A stretch of 64,000 nt of DNA from an uncultured delta proteobacterium (GCA_963696385.1 CAVOKF010000006.1:320001-384000), one strand, 5' to 3'; counted from the stretch's first letter, positions 38,219-50,336 are shown. Numbers and translations: made by a program. The notes: generated by a model from the letters alone, not told the origin.

Positions 38219-39001
38219 ATGCGGCGAGTCGGTTGGTCGGCCATCGTGGTGTTCTCGAGCCTCGGCCTCGCCGGGTGTCTTCAGATCTTGGGCGACTTTT
38301 CGATTGAGTCTGGACTGGACGACGACGCATCGATGAATGACGCGACCGTCGACACCGGCACCTCTTCCGAGTCCGGCGTCGATGCCGGCGGGACCCACGA
38401 CGCGACGGTCGAAGCCGGCGCCGGGGGCGGGGATGGTGCCGCGGACGCGGAGACGGGGGCGGACGCCGAGGTGGACGGGGACGCGCAAACGGTTGCGGAG
38501 GGCCAAGCGGATGCCGTCGGAGAGGCCGACGCGGAGGCCGAAGCCGACGCAGGCCTGGACGCCGAGGCCGACGTGGCCGTCTGCGACTCCGCCACCCATC
38601 TTGCCAACGCGTGCGGCGGATGCTCGACGTTGGCGCATGACGCGGGCAGCGCGTGCACCCTCACGGACGGAGGATGCCCCGGCACCTACGTTTGCGTGGC
38701 CGGCGACGCCGATGCCGTCCTGTGCAACGCGCCCAAGACGAACGCGTGCGGCGGGTGCACGACGTTGGCGGAGGAGGCGGGATCTCGGTGCGAGACCGCA
38801 TGCGATTCGGGGACCTGGGTTTGCCAAGACAAGACCGCCCTGATCTGCAGCGCGCACCCCGATCCCTGCGGTGGCTGCGCGGTACCGAGCGGGGGGTCCA
38901 CCGCGTGCGTTACGGATTTGGCGTGCTTGATTCCCCAGGGGTCGTGCAATTCGACTGGCACATGTTCGTACACCCAATTAGCGAATTGCGATGGGGGGTG
39001 A
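38219..39001 (+). CDS. Cys-rich lipoprotein with acidic linker
   Basis: LAGC lipobox; NACGGC repeats. Confidence 0.75.
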   Translation: MRRVGWSAIVVFSSLGLAGCLQILGDFSIESGLDDDASMNDATVDTGTSSESGVDAGGTHDATVEAGAGGGDGAADAETGADAEVDGDAQTVAEGQADAVGEADAEAEADAGLDAEADVAVCDSATHLANACGGCSTLAHDAGSACTLTDGGCPGTYVCVAGDADAVLCNAPKTNACGGCTTLAEEAGSRCETACDSGTWVCQDKTALICSAHPDPCGGCAVPSGGSTACVTDLACLIPQGSCNSTGTCSYTQLANCDGG

Positions 39002-39007
39002 ACGCCG

Positions 39008-39039
39008 AACGCAGGCGTACCCAGCGCGGCTGGGTACCG
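39008..39039. repeat. REP-like element, family A copy 2
   Basis: GTACCCAGC-GCG-GCTGGGTAC hairpin. Confidence 0.75.
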
Positions 39040-39075
39040 CTTCGCGGGGCGCTGTAGTAAGGGTCTTTCAAGCGC

Positions 39076-40212
39076 ATGTCCACGCTCCGAAAGGACCTCG
39101 GATCGAAGTGGATCCTGGCGCGCGCCGAGCTCGCTTCGCTCATCGCGGCGCTTTGGTCGGACGGCTACGAGGTCATCGGTCCGGTCGTGCAGGCCGGTGC
39201 CATCGTGCACGGTCCGGTGCGAACGGTCGACGACTTGCCCGTCGGTGTCACCGACGTCCAGTCGCCGGGAAGCTACCGCTTGACGCCGCGCGCCGACGCG
39301 GCCGTCTTCGGCTTTGCCGTCGGGCCGCACTCCCCCAAGGGCGGCTTCTTTCCTTCCGGGGTCTCGCTCGTGAAGCTTCGCCGGCGTGCCGATGACGTCG
39401 AGGTGATCGCGGGCGGCCCCGCGCCTCGCAAGCTTGCGCTCATCGGCACGCGCGCCTGCGAGATCGCGGCGGTCGGTGTGCAAGATCGTGTGCTTTTGCA
39501 AGGGCCGTATGCCGATGCGGACTACGACGCCAGGCGCCGCAATGCCTTCGTCGTGGCGCTGCAGTGCTCGACGGCGGGCGGCACGTGCTTCTGCGTGTCG
39601 ATGGGGACCGGTCCCAAGGCGACGCGGGGGTTCGACCTGGCGCTCACCGAAATTCTCGAACCATCGCATCGCTTCGTCGTCGAGATCGGATCGGAGGCGG
39701 GCGCGACGTTGGCGGACCGCCTTGCCCTCGATCCCGCATCGGAGGCCGACGTCGATCACGCCGACCGGGTGGTCGCGCGCACGGCCGCGCAGATGGGCCG
39801 AACGCTCGACACCCGCGGCATCAAGGAGCTCCTTTACGAGAACCGGGAGCATCCCCGGTGGGACGACGTCGCGTCGCGCTGCCTCGGCTGCGCCAACTGC
39901 ACGCTCGTGTGCCCCACGTGCTTCTGCACGACCATCGAGGACAAGACCGACGTGACGGGCGAGGAGGCCGAACGCATCCGGCACCTCGATTCGTGCTTCA
40001 GCGTTGCGTTTTCGCACGTGCACGGCGGCTCCGTGCGCGCGTCGCTTCGTGCCCGCTACAGACAGTGGCTCACCCACAAGCTGGCGAGTTGGATCGACCA
40101 GTTCGGGACCTCCGGCTGCGTGGGATGTGGCCGCTGCATCACCTGGTGTCCGGTGGGCATCGACATCACCGAGGAAGTCGCGGCCATTCGGGGTCCGGCT
40201 CCGCAGGGGTAG
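39076..40212 (+). CDS. hyhB: Group 3b [NiFe]-hydrogenase (sulfhydrogenase) beta subunit, 4Fe-4S
   Basis: [16 protein letters not shown] and [16 protein letters not shown] motifs. Confidence 0.9.
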   Translation: MSTLRKDLGSKWILARAELASLIAALWSDGYEVIGPVVQAGAIVHGPVRTVDDLPVGVTDVQSPGSYRLTPRADAAVFGFAVGPHSPKGGFFPSGVSLVKLRRRADDVEVIAGGPAPRKLALIGTRACEIAAVGVQDRVLLQGPYADADYDARRRNAFVVALQCSTAGGTCFCVSMGTGPKATRGFDLALTEILEPSHRFVVEIGSEAGATLADRLALDPASEADVDHADRVVARTAAQMGRTLDTRGIKELLYENREHPRWDDVASRCLGCANCTLVCPTCFCTTIEDKTDVTGEEAERIRHLDSCFSVAFSHVHGGSVRASLRARYRQWLTHKLASWIDQFGTSGCVGCGRCITWCPVGIDITEEVAAIRGPAPQG

Positions 40213-40214
40213 GC

Positions 40215-40667
40215 GTGGAGTCGCTCGAACGAGTCCTGCGAGAGCATCCGTTCATGCGCGATCTGAGCGATGAGCACGTGCACATCCTGGTCGGCTGCGC
40301 ACAGAACGTTCGATTTGCGCCGGGCGAATTCATGGTGCACGAAGGAGACGAAGAATCGACCTTCTATCTGGTCCGCGAGGGTTCCATTTCGCTCGAGAGC
40401 CACATCCCGGGTCGTCGTCCCGCAACGGTCGAAACGCTCGGTCCGGGCGATGTCCTCGGCGTGTCGTGGATGTTCGCGCGAGCGCGCGCGCACGTCGACG
40501 CGCGCGCTCGAGAGAGTGTCCTCGCCTTCGCGCTCGACGGGTCGTGCCTTCGCGCGAGGATCGCCACCGACGATGCGCTCGGCCATGCGCTCGCGCGCCG
40601 ATTGCTCGAGCTCACCTATCGCCGGCTCGAACGCCTGCGATTGCAGAACCTCGACGTGTACCGGTGA
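40215..40667 (+). CDS. Stand-alone cyclic nucleotide-binding (Crp-like) domain protein
   Basis: GTG 40215; HPF...FAPGE..VHEGD...FYLVREG...LGPGDVLG. Confidence 0.82.
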   Translation: MESLERVLREHPFMRDLSDEHVHILVGCAQNVRFAPGEFMVHEGDEESTFYLVREGSISLESHIPGRRPATVETLGPGDVLGVSWMFARARAHVDARARESVLAFALDGSCLRARIATDDALGHALARRLLELTYRRLERLRLQNLDVYR

Positions 40668-40671
40668 GCGC

Positions 40672-41502
40672 GTGGCCGCTGCCGCCCCGATGATTCCCAC
40701 GATGATGGTCGTGTCGCGCGTCATCCGCGAGCTGCCCGACACCGTCAGTCTCCAACTCGACGCCTCGCCAGAGGGCGGGTTCTCGTTCGCGCCGGGTCAA
40801 TTCAACATGCTTTACGCCTTCGGCGTCGGCGAAGTCCCCATCTCGATCAGCGGCGATCCCGCGGATGCGACGAGGCTTCTGCACACGATCCGGGCGGTCG
40901 GCGCGGTGACGGGCCCACTGTGCGGCCTCCGCAAGGGAGCGAGCGTCGGCGTGCGGGGCCCGTTCGGCAGTGTCTGGCCGCTCGAGCAAGCGCGCGGCAA
41001 AGACGTCCTCTTCGTCGCGGGCGGTCTCGGACTCGCCCCTCTTCGACCTGCAATCACCCATGTGTTGACCCACCGCGCGGATTTCGGGCGCATCACGGTC
41101 CTTTATGGCGCTCGCACGCCGAGCGATATTCTGTTTCGTCGGGACCTCGAGTCCTGGCGTGGCCGGCTCGATTGCGACGTCGGGGTGACCGTCGACCACG
41201 CCGGCACCGAGTGGTACGGGCACGTCGGGGTGGTCCCGGCGCTCGTGGCCGGGGCGAAGTTCGACCCGGACCATGCCGTCGCGATGGTCTGCGGTCCCGA
41301 GGTCATGATGCGTTTTGCCGCGCGCGATCTGCAAAACGGCGGCTTGCCCAGCAAAGCCATCTGGATGTCGCTCGAGCGAAGCATGAAATGCGGGGTCGGG
41401 CTCTGCGGACATTGCCAGTTCGCTTCGGAGTTCGTGTGCAAGGATGGTCCGGTGATGCGTCTCGATCGGATCGCGCATTACCTCACCGTGCGGGAGGTTT
41501 GA
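40672..41502 (+). CDS. hyhG: Hydrogenase gamma subunit (FAD/NAD(P)-binding, 2Fe-2S)
   Basis: [21 protein letters not shown] and [11 protein letters not shown] motifs; start uncertain (40672 or 40690). Confidence 0.9.
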   Translation: MAAAAPMIPTMMVVSRVIRELPDTVSLQLDASPEGGFSFAPGQFNMLYAFGVGEVPISISGDPADATRLLHTIRAVGAVTGPLCGLRKGASVGVRGPFGSVWPLEQARGKDVLFVAGGLGLAPLRPAITHVLTHRADFGRITVLYGARTPSDILFRRDLESWRGRLDCDVGVTVDHAGTEWYGHVGVVPALVAGAKFDPDHAVAMVCGPEVMMRFAARDLQNGGLPSKAIWMSLERSMKCGVGLCGHCQFASEFVCKDGPVMRLDRIAHYLTVREV

Positions 41503-42276
41503 TGGCGCGCAAACTCAAGCTTGCCGTTTGGAAATTTGCCTCGTGCGACGGCTGTCAACTCAGTCTGCTCGACTGCGAAGACGAACTGCTTGCGGTGGCC
41601 GAGCGCCTCGACATCGCCCTATTTCGCGAGGCGACGAGCGCCGTCCGCAAAGGACCCTACGACCTGTCGCTCGTCGAGGGATTCGATCACTACGCCCGAC
41701 GATGCGCAACGAATCCAGCATGTCCGTCGGATCTCGAAGAAGGTCGTCACCATCGGAGCGTGCGCCACGGCCGGAGGGATCCAGGCGCTTCGAAATTTCG
41801 GCAAGTACCCCGAGATGCTGCGGGTCGTGTACGCCAGGCCCGAATTCATCGACGCGCTCGCGACCTCGACGGCGATCGCGGATCACGTCGCGGTCGACTT
41901 CGAGCTACGCGGCTGTCCCGTCAACAAGCAGCAGTTGCTCGATGTCCTCAAGGCTTTCATGCACGGCCGCACGCCGAGCCTGTCGGCCGATCCGGTCTGC
42001 ATCGAGTGCAAGCGACGCGGCAACGTCTGCGTGATGGTGGCTCACGGTACGCCTTGTCTCGGCCCCGTTACCCATGCGGGTTGCGGTGCACTCTGCCCGA
42101 CCTACGAGCGGGGGTGCTACGGCTGCTACGGCCCGAGCGACGCTCCGGAGACGGCACAGCTCGCGCGACGCTTTCTCGCCCAGGGTGTTCCGGCCCGCGA
42201 CGTTCGGCGCCTGTTTCTCACGTTCAATCCGGTCGCCGGCGCCTTTCGCACCGAAGGGATGGCGCATGAAGACTAG
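41502..42276 (+). CDS. hyhS: Hydrogenase small (delta) subunit; +1 frameshift at 41682-41683
   Basis: ASCDGC...VEG in one frame and SITT...GACATAGG...GCP...CIEC in the next; removing one T restores VEGSITT. Confidence 0.9.
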
Positions 42277-43555
42277 GACCATCCGAGTCGACTACATGGC
42301 CCGGGTGGAGGGCGAGGCGGCGCTCACGGTGCGCCTCAAAGGCGACGAAGTCGTGGGCGTCGAACTTCGCATCTTCGAGCCCCCACGCCTGTTCGAAGCG
42401 CTTTTACGGGGTCGATCGTGCTTCGAGGCGCCGGACATCACGGCGCGCATCTGCGGGATCTGCCCGGTGGCGTACCAGATGACGGCGTGTGCGGCGGTCG
42501 AGAGCGCCCTCGGCGTCGAGGTCCCTGCCGACATCCGCGCATTGAGGCGGCTGCTGTATTGCGGCGAGTGGATCGAGAGCCACCTGCTTCACATGATCAT
42601 GCTGCACGCGCCCGACTTTCTCGGCGTGCCCGACGCGATCGCGATGGCCAAGCTCCACCCCGAGCGCGTGCGTGCGGGGTTGCGGATGAAGAAAGCGGGC
42701 AACGCGATCGTAACGACGCTCGGCGGTCGCGAAGTCCACCCGGTGAATGTGCGGATTGGCGGCTTCTACAGGGCGCCGCCTACGAGCGACCTCGAGGCGC
42801 TTTTGCCCGAGCTCGGCTGGGCGCGCGATGCGGCGGCCGAGACCCTCGATTGGATGGGCGGGTTCGAATTCCCCGAGGTGGATCACCCCTACGACTTCGT
42901 GGCGCTCCGTCACCCCGAAGAGTACCCGTTGTGCGAAGGGCGTATCGTGTCGAAAAGCGGCGTCGATCTCGACGTGCACGACTACGATGCACGGTTTATC
43001 GAATCGCAGGTGGCGTACTCTCACGCGCTCCAAACGACTCTCGACGGCCAATCGATCTTCTGCGGCCCGCTCGCGCGGTTTCACCACAACTTCGAACGTC
43101 TTCCGGACGTGGCTCGCGTCGCCGCCGAACGGGTCGGCTTGCGACCGGCTTGCACCAACCCCTACAAAAGCATCCTCGTCCGCGGTGTGGAGGTGCTCTT
43201 CGCTCTGGACGAGGCGATCCGAATCATCGAAAATTTCGTGCCTCCGCGTGTGCCGTGCGCCCAGGCGCCGGGCCGTGCGGGGACGGGCTTCGGGTGCACG
43301 GAAGCGCCGCGCGGCATCCTGTACCACCGGTACACGATCGACGATAGGGCGACGATCGCCGACGCCAAGATCGTCCCGCCGACCTCGCAAAACCAGCGCT
43401 CGATCGAGGACGATCTGGCGCGCATCGGCAAGGCTCTGGCATCGCTTCCATTGGCCGAGGCGCGCGCGCGCGCCGAACGCGTCGTTCGCAACTACGATCC
43501 GTGCATTTCGTGCGCGACGCACTTTCTCGACTTGCGCTTCGAGACCGTCGCATGA
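42266..43555 (+). CDS. hyhL: [NiFe]-hydrogenase large subunit (group 3b)
   Basis: ARVEGE; L1 RICGIC; L2 DPCISCATH followed by a cleavable extension. Confidence 0.95.
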   Translation: MKTRTIRVDYMARVEGEAALTVRLKGDEVVGVELRIFEPPRLFEALLRGRSCFEAPDITARICGICPVAYQMTACAAVESALGVEVPADIRALRRLLYCGEWIESHLLHMIMLHAPDFLGVPDAIAMAKLHPERVRAGLRMKKAGNAIVTTLGGREVHPVNVRIGGFYRAPPTSDLEALLPELGWARDAAAETLDWMGGFEFPEVDHPYDFVALRHPEEYPLCEGRIVSKSGVDLDVHDYDARFIESQVAYSHALQTTLDGQSIFCGPLARFHHNFERLPDVARVAAERVGLRPACTNPYKSILVRGVEVLFALDEAIRIIENFVPPRVPCAQAPGRAGTGFGCTEAPRGILYHRYTIDDRATIADAKIVPPTSQNQRSIEDDLARIGKALASLPLAEARARAERVVRNYDPCISCATHFLDLRFETVA

Positions 43556-44025
43556 CGCTCATCGTGGGAATCGGCAATGCCTACGCGGGCGACGACTCGG
43601 TGGGGCTCGTCGTCGCCAAGCGGCTGTGCGCGGCGGGGTTCGATGCGGTGGCCGCTCCGGATGTTTCCGCCATCGTGACCTTGCTCGCGGCGTCCGATCG
43701 CGTGGTCGTGGTCGATGCCGTGGTCGGCAGAGGCCGTGCCGGAAGGGTCGTCGAGTTATCCGAGCACGATCTCATCGGCGAAAGCGATCCGCGCTCGGCG
43801 GACGGCACTCGCTCCACCGCCCGGCGAGTCTCGTCGCACGGCATGGGGATTGGCCAGGCCCTCGCGCTGGCGCGGGCTCTCGGCGGCAACACGTGTGCAC
43901 GAGACGTGCGCGTCGTCGGAATCACCATCGATCCGCCGCGGGCCGCCAGTGCTGCCTTGAGCGCTCCCGTCGCCCTGGCGGTCGAGCGGGCGGTTGCCGT
44001 AGCGCAAAGGCTCGCGAGGGACTGA
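43552..44025 (+). CDS. Hydrogenase maturation protease
   Basis: GIGN..AGDDSVG, VVDA and SSH motifs. Confidence 0.88.
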   Translation: MTLIVGIGNAYAGDDSVGLVVAKRLCAAGFDAVAAPDVSAIVTLLAASDRVVVVDAVVGRGRAGRVVELSEHDLIGESDPRSADGTRSTARRVSSHGMGIGQALALARALGGNTCARDVRVVGITIDPPRAASAALSAPVALAVERAVAVAQRLARD

Positions 44026-44029
44026 ACGC

Positions 44030-44374
44030 ATGCACGAAGCGCAGCTTGCCCGTGGCATTCTTCGCGAGGTCCTCGCGCGCGCCGCCACACTGGGCGCCGA
44101 GCGTGTCCTCGCCGTGCGAGGCTGGATCGCCGAGACCGAGGCGCTGTCTCGAGACAGCCTCGTCTTGTCGTTTACGGCCATGGCGCAGGGCACGCCGGCA
44201 GAAGGCGCCCGGCTCGATCTCTCGGTCGAGCACGTGGCGGCGCGCTGCCGTGGCTGCCATGCAGAATACCTGCCCTGTCACGGCATGCTCGTGTGTCCGT
44301 GCTGCGGCGGCAGCGAGGCCGAGGTGCTCGGGCGCACCGGGATCGCCATCGAAACGATGGACGTGGAGCCTTGA
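44030..44374 (+). CDS. hypA: Nickel chaperone HypA
   Basis: MHE N-terminus; two CxxC motifs. Confidence 0.92.
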   Translation: MHEAQLARGILREVLARAATLGAERVLAVRGWIAETEALSRDSLVLSFTAMAQGTPAEGARLDLSVEHVAARCRGCHAEYLPCHGMLVCPCCGGSEAEVLGRTGIAIETMDVEP

Positions 44375-46651
44375 TCCGGGTCGCGCTCACGGCGCGCGGC
44401 ATCTTGCAGGGCGTCGGTTTTCGCCCCTTCGTCGACCGGCTCGCGCGAAGCATGGGGCTTGGCGGCCACGTGCAGAACACGGCCGACGCGGTTCAGATTG
44501 AAGTCGAGGGTCCCCCAGACCGGATCGCGGCCTTCGTGCTTGCCGTGCGGATCGACTTGCCGACCGGCGCCCTGCTCGTCGATATGGCCACAGAGCGCAA
44601 GCCGACTCAGGGCACGCCCACGTTCTCGATCCGCGCGAGCGCGACGTCGCCGGGGGCACGCACGGCTTCGCCGGCCATCCCACCCGACATCGCGCCGTGC
44701 GGGCCTTGCCTCGAAGAGATCGCAACGCCGGGTGGACGCCGGCACGCGTATCCGTTCACCAGTTGCGCGTCGTGCGGCCCGCGCTTCACCATCGTGGTCG
44801 GCACCCCCTACGATCGCGATCGCACGAGCATGCACCCTTACCCGCTCTGTGCGGCGTGCGCTTCGGAGTACGACGACGCGGCGGACCGCCGGTATCACGC
44901 GCAGTCGATCGCGTGCCCCCGGTGCGGCCCCGCGCTGGTCGCCCGCGACGGCCGCGGATCCGTGGTCGCCCGCGGCCGGGCGGCGCTCGACGCCGCCGCC
45001 GAGGCGTTTCGCGCGGGAGCGATCTGCGCCGTCAAGGGGGTCGGCGGCTATCAGCTGATGGTCGACGCTTGCGCCGAGTCGGCGGTCGCCGAATTGCGCC
45101 GCCGGAAGCAGCGGGATGCGAAGCCGTTCGCGGTCCTCTTTGCCGATCTGGCCGCGGTCGAGCGGCGCTGCACGCTCGTCGCGGCCGAGCGCGAGGCGCT
45201 CTGCTCGCCGGCAGCGCCCATCGTGCTCGTCCTGACGCGGCCGGACGCGGATCTCGGCCCCTTCGGTGGCCTTCGGGTCCGTCCTGACGGGAGCGATGCT
45301 GCCGGCGTCGCCGCTGCATCATCTGCTCGCGCACGAATTCGGCGGTCCGCTCGTGTGCACGAGCGGCAACGTGTCGCGCCAGCCGCTCTGCACCGAGGAC
45401 GTCGACGCCATCGAGCGGCTCGGCCCGATCGCGCATCGCATCGTGTCGCACGATCGACGTATCGTGCGGCCCGCGGACGATTCCGTCGTCCGCGTCACGG
45501 CCTTCGGCACCACGGTGATCCGCCGGGCGCGCGGATTCGTGCCGCATCCGTTCGGCCGGACGCATGGCGGACCTCCGATCGTCGCGCTCGGGGGTCATCT
45601 CAAGTCGACCGTAGCGGTCGCGGCCGGAGACTCCATCGTGGCCAGCCAGCACTTGGGCGATCTCGACGACGAGCGCACGCGGCAACTGCTCGCCGTGACG
45701 GTGGACGACCTCACCCAATTTCTGGCCGTCCGGCCGGAAATCGTGGCTTGCGATCTCCACCCCGACTACGCGTCGACGCATCTCGCCGAGGATCTCGCGC
45801 GACGCTGGGGAGCGCGGCTCGAGCGGGTGCAACATCACGCCGCGCACGTCGGGGCCGTCATGGCCGAGCACCGCTTGCGCGGCCCGGTGCTCGGGCTCGC
45901 GTGGGATGGCGCGGGCTACGGCGACGACGGCACGCTCTGGGGCGGCGAGGCGCTTTCGTTCGACGGTGCGCACTGCAGGCGAATCGCCCATCTGCGAACG
46001 TTCGCTCTTGCCGGCGGAGAGCGCGCGACGCTCGAGCCGCGCAGAGCCGCGCTCGGGCTGCTCGAAGCCGTCGGCGAGGCCCACCGCGCTCCCGCGTTCG
46101 AGGAGCGGGAACGGGACCTGCTTTTGCGGATGGTCGCGCGAGGCGTGCAGGCGCCGCGGACGAGCAGCGTGGGTCGCCTCTTCGACGCCATCGCTGCGGT
46201 TGCGGGCGCCCGCGTGCGATGCGATTTCGAGGGCCAGGCCGCCGCGGAATTCGAACATGCGGCGCGCGGCGATCTCGTCGCTACGCCCTACCCGATGGAG
46301 ATCCGCGGCGATACACCCCCTTACGTGATCGATTGGGAGCCGCTTTTGCGCGCCGTCCTTCGCGATCGCGATCGCGGCCTGGCAGTGGCCGAGATCAGCC
46401 GATCCTTCCATGCCGCGCTGGCGGGTGCGGCGCTCGCGGTGGCCGAGCGCGCGGGCATGGGCAAGGTCGCGCTCGGGGGCGGATGCTTCCAAAACGCGCG
46501 GCTGCTCGCGGCCGTCAAGGTGCGGCTCGAGTCGCGCGGCTTCGACGTGTACGCGGCCACCCGCATTCCGCCCAATGACGGTGGTCTTTCGGTCGGACAG
46601 GTTCACGTGGTAGGGGCAAGGCTGCACGATGTGTCTGGCGATACCCGGTGA
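44371..46651 (+). CDS. hypF: Carbamoyltransferase HypF; +1 frameshift at 45256-45257
   Basis: QGVGFRPF, zinc fingers, KGVGG, QHHAAH and PPNDGG motifs; removing one G restores DLAPSVA...GAMLP. Confidence 0.92.
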
Positions 46652-46856
46652 AGTTCTCACGGTCGACCACGGCGATTTGCGCACCGGGCGCGTCTCGTTC
46701 GGCGGCGTGGTCAAAGTCATCTGTCTCGAGTACGTGCCCGAGGCGGGGCCCGGAGATTACGTGCTCGCGCACGCCGGTTTCGCCATCGCGCGCGTCAGCG
46801 AGGAGCATGCGCAGAGCGTGCACCGCTACCTCGCCGAGATCGAGACGACCGCGTGA
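46629..46856 (+). CDS. hypC: HypC chaperone
   Basis: [19 protein letters not shown]. Confidence 0.95.
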   Translation: MCLAIPGEVLTVDHGDLRTGRVSFGGVVKVICLEYVPEAGPGDYVLAHAGFAIARVSEEHAQSVHRYLAEIETTA

Positions 46857-47941
46857 AATACGTCGACGAGTACCGCACCCGGCAGGGCGGCATCGCGTAC
46901 CGCGACGCCATCGCGCGGATCGTGACCCGACCGTGGACGATCATGGAAGTGTGCGGCGGGCAGACCCACACGATCGCGCGGTTCGGCATCGAGGACCTTT
47001 TGCCCGACACCGTGTCGCTCTTGCACGGCCCGGGCTGCCCCGTGTGCGTGACGCCGGTCGAGGCCATCGATCGAGCGGTGAGCATCGCCCGGCAGCCGGG
47101 CGTCGTCTTTTGTTCGTACGGCGACATGCTTCGGGTCCCCGGCTCCGAGCAGGACCTGCTTGCCGTCAAGGCCGCCGGGGGCGACGTGCGGGTCGTGTAC
47201 TCCCCGCTCGACGCGATCGAACTCGCCCGGAAGATTCCCGATCGACACGTGGTGTTTTTCGCGGTCGGCTTCGAGACCACCGCGCCCGGTCACGCGATGG
47301 CCGTACTCGAAGCGCACCGATGGGGGCTCACGAACTTCTCGGTCATCGTGTCCCACGTCCTGGTCCCGGCGGCACTCGAGCGGATCCTGAGCGCGCCACA
47401 ACGTCGCGTTCAGGGCTTTCTCGCCGCCGGTCACGTCTGCGCCATCATGGGTATCCGGCAGTACGAGCCCATCAGCCGGCGTCATCGGGTGCCCATCGTC
47501 GTGACGGGCTTCGAGCCCATCGACATTCTGCAGGGGGTTCACATGGCGATCACCCAGCTCGAGGCCGGGCGTGCGGAGGTCGAGAACCAGTACGGCCGCG
47601 CGGTTCGCGGCGAGGGCAATGTTCGCGCGCGCGCCGCGATCGACGAAGTCTTCGAGGTGGGCGCCCGGGCTTGGCGCGGCATCGGCACGATCCCCCATAG
47701 TGGCTTTCGCCTGCGAGCCAAGTACGCCGCATTCGACGCCGAGCAACGATTCGACGTGGCCCAGGTGCAAGGACGTGAATCGCCCGAGTGCATCGCCGGA
47801 CTCGTGCTGCAGGGGCTCAAAAAGCCGAGTGAGTGTCCGGCATTCGCGTCGCGCTGTACGCCCGACGCGCCGCTCGGTGCCACGATGGTCTCGGGCGAGG
47901 GCGCCTGCGCGGTCCATTTCCGTTATCGAAAGCAAGCATGA
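46853..47941 (+). CDS. hypD: HypD
   Basis: [22 protein letters not shown] and MVSGEGAC motifs. Confidence 0.96.
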   Translation: MKYVDEYRTRQGGIAYRDAIARIVTRPWTIMEVCGGQTHTIARFGIEDLLPDTVSLLHGPGCPVCVTPVEAIDRAVSIARQPGVVFCSYGDMLRVPGSEQDLLAVKAAGGDVRVVYSPLDAIELARKIPDRHVVFFAVGFETTAPGHAMAVLEAHRWGLTNFSVIVSHVLVPAALERILSAPQRRVQGFLAAGHVCAIMGIRQYEPISRRHRVPIVVTGFEPIDILQGVHMAITQLEAGRAEVENQYGRAVRGEGNVRARAAIDEVFEVGARAWRGIGTIPHSGFRLRAKYAAFDAEQRFDVAQVQGRESPECIAGLVLQGLKKPSECPAFASRCTPDAPLGATMVSGEGACAVHFRYRKQA

Positions 47942-48987
47942 ATGACGACGCGTTTCGCCTCGCTTGTCCTCTGCCGAACCCTTCGGGTGCGATCCAACTC
48001 GCCCACGGAGGAGGCGGACGCGCCATGCATCGCTTGCTCGACGACCTGCTTCTCAGCGTGGTGCACAGCCCGCCTTTAGCCGAGCGCCACGACAGCGCCG
48101 TCATCGACGTGGGTGAGCAGCGGATCGCGTTCACGACCGACGGGTACGTCGTCCACCCTCTGTTCTTTCCGGGCGGCGACATCGGAAGCTTGGCCGTGTT
48201 CGGCACGGTCAACGATCTGGCCATGGCCGGGGCGCGTCCTTTGGCGCTGTCTTTGGGGCTCATTCTCGAAGAAGGATTGCCCATCGAGACCGTCGGGCGC
48301 ATCGCGGCTTCGGTTCAGCGGGCGTGCGAAGCCGTCGGCGTGCGCGTCGTGACGGGAGACACCAAGGTCGTCGATCGGGGCAAAGGCGACGGCGTGTACG
48401 TGACGACCTCCGGGATCGGAGTCGTGCCGGCCGGCATTCGTGTTTCGCCCGGGCGCATCGCTTCAGGCGATGCCGTGATCGTCAATGGCGATCTGGGCCG
48501 CCATGGCGTCGCGATTCTCGCCACGCGCGAGCACCTCGCGTTCGAAACGACCATCCTCAGCGACTGCTCGCCGCTCGTCGAGCCGGTCCAGGCCTTGCTG
48601 GACGCCGGGGTGGACGTGCACTGCTTGCGTGACCTCACGCGCGGTGGCCTCTCGTCGGCTCTGAACGAACTGGCGCGCGCAGCCAACGTGACGATTACCC
48701 TGGACGAGCTCTGCGTGCCCGTGTCGAGCGAGGTGTCCGCGGCCTGCGAGATTCTCGGACTGGATCCGCTTTATGTGGCGTGCGAGGGGCGAATGGCGGT
48801 CTTCGTGCCGGAAGAACAGTCTGCGCGCGCGGTCGAGATCCTGCGCGCGTCCGGGGCATGTCCGAACGCCGCGCGCGTCGGGTCGGTCGAAGATCGCGGG
48901 GGTTCTCATGTCGTGATGCGCACCTGTCTCGGGGGTCGCCGCGTCGTCGATATGTTGAGCGGGGAGCAGTTGCCGCGAATCTGCTGA
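47938..48987 (+). CDS. hypE: HypE
   Basis: HGGGG, GTVNDL, GDTKV and C-terminal QLPRIC. Confidence 0.96.
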   Translation: MNDDAFRLACPLPNPSGAIQLAHGGGGRAMHRLLDDLLLSVVHSPPLAERHDSAVIDVGEQRIAFTTDGYVVHPLFFPGGDIGSLAVFGTVNDLAMAGARPLALSLGLILEEGLPIETVGRIAASVQRACEAVGVRVVTGDTKVVDRGKGDGVYVTTSGIGVVPAGIRVSPGRIASGDAVIVNGDLGRHGVAILATREHLAFETTILSDCSPLVEPVQALLDAGVDVHCLRDLTRGGLSSALNELARAANVTITLDELCVPVSSEVSAACEILGLDPLYVACEGRMAVFVPEEQSARAVEILRASGACPNAARVGSVEDRGGSHVVMRTCLGGRRVVDMLSGEQLPRIC

Positions 48988-48996
48988 GGCCGAGGG

Positions 48997-49058
<62 letters not shown>

Positions 49059-49117
49059 TCGACCTCGGGCGCCGCGAGGTCTACCTCGCCCAGCAGGGCG
49101 AGAGTACGCTCCGCGAC

Positions 49118-49444
49118 GTGCGTGCGGTCGGCTTGGGCTTCGTCTTCGCGGTCCTCGGCGCCTGTTCCTCGGCGTCGGACTGTCCGACCTACGCGCCCGG
49201 CAACGGACAGGCCTGCACCGGCGACGGCACGTGCGGCTACGCGATTCTGTCGTGTGTCTGCGACCACGGGATCTGGCAGTGCGAACTGCCCTTTAGCCCC
49301 GAAGTCTCGGACGGCGACTCCGACGGACAGGACGACAACGACAGCGGCACCAACGCGGAAGACGCGAATGGGCAGGGCGTGAACGCGGAAGACGGCGGTG
49401 TCGAAAACGACGGCGGCCATGACGCGATCTACGGAACCGAATGA
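49118..49444 (+). CDS. Small Cys-rich lipoprotein with acidic tail
   Basis: LGAC lipobox; CP...C..C...CVC..G.W.C module. Confidence 0.6.
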   Translation: MRAVGLGFVFAVLGACSSASDCPTYAPGNGQACTGDGTCGYAILSCVCDHGIWQCELPFSPEVSDGDSDGQDDNDSGTNAEDANGQGVNAEDGGVENDGGHDAIYGTE

Positions 49445-49520
49445 CGACCGACGATCGGCGGCATGCAGAACTTGCGGGTCCGTGCACCGATCGCGCGGGA
49501 GATTCGACGCGGCAAGCTCT

Positions 49521-50336
49521 TCAACAGTGCAGATGCGCGCAGTCGGCAACCGGCGCGCAGAGCCCACAGCTTGGGTCGCAGCACACCGAACCGACGTTGC
49601 AGGTGCTCATCATTCCGCAGGCTTGACTGGATGGGTACGTGGGCCCGTCGTCGCACGCGACCTGACTGCACTCCACGCCCGGGGGAGCGCAGGTTCCACA
49701 GCTCGGATTGCAGCAGACCTCGCCGATCGCGCACGTGTTCGCGCCGCAGAACGCGTTGGTCGGGTACGAGGCCAATCCGCAATCTTGCCGAGTGCACGCT
49801 TCGCCCGGCGCGGCGCAGATTCCGCACGCGGCACTGCAGCAGACGTCGCCGGCCGCGCAGGTCGTGATCCCGCACGGAACGGGCGGCGGGGGTGGAGCCG
49901 GAGGGGGCGTGGATGGGGCCGCAACGGAGGCCGAGGGGGCAGCCCGATCGGCGGGGGCGGCGGAGGAAGCCACGAGATCGGCGGGCGGGGCCGAGGACGC
50001 AACGGCTGCGGCCGCGGCGCCGTCGAACGCGAACGGCTCGTCGGTCGATGCTCGGGCGACGACGGGTGCGAGGTCCTGCGGCAAGGCTGCGACGCGGACC
50101 GACCCGACCGGTAGAGCCGTTCCCTCGGCCCACGAACGCGTCTCTCCTTCCGTTGTGGCCGCAGCTGGGATCACGATGAATTCCCTCACCACGCGTGGGG
50201 ACGTCTCTGTCTCGGCCTTGGGTTTCGGGGAGGCCAGAAGCCGCGTCGCCCCGAACACCGCGAGCGGGGCGAGCACACCGAAGGCGAAAACGACGAACGG
50301 CGACACGCGCGCGCGGTTCCCCGAGTCCATGCCCCA
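49521..50336 (-). CDS. Membrane-anchored protein with three Cys-rich repeats
   Basis: N-terminal TM; CGxxTCxxGxVCCxxxCGxC x3. Confidence 0.7.
   Translation of the reverse strand, partial: WGMDSGNRARVSPFVVFAFGVLAPLAVFGATRLLASPKPKAETETSPRVVREFIVIPAAATTEGETRSWAEGTALPVGSVRVAALPQDLAPVVARASTDEPFAFDGAAAAAVASSAPPADLVASSAAPADRAAPSASVAAPSTPPPAPPPPPVPCGITTCAAGDVCCSAACGICAAPGEACTRQDCGLASYPTNAFCGANTCAIGEVCCNPSCGTCAPPGVECSQVACDDGPTYPSSQACGMMSTCNVGSVCCDPSCGLCAPVADCAHLHC

Noticed and set aside
41670..41700. Programmed frameshift in hyhS (likewise hypF)
   Set aside because: No slippery sequence; a single duplicated base explains it.
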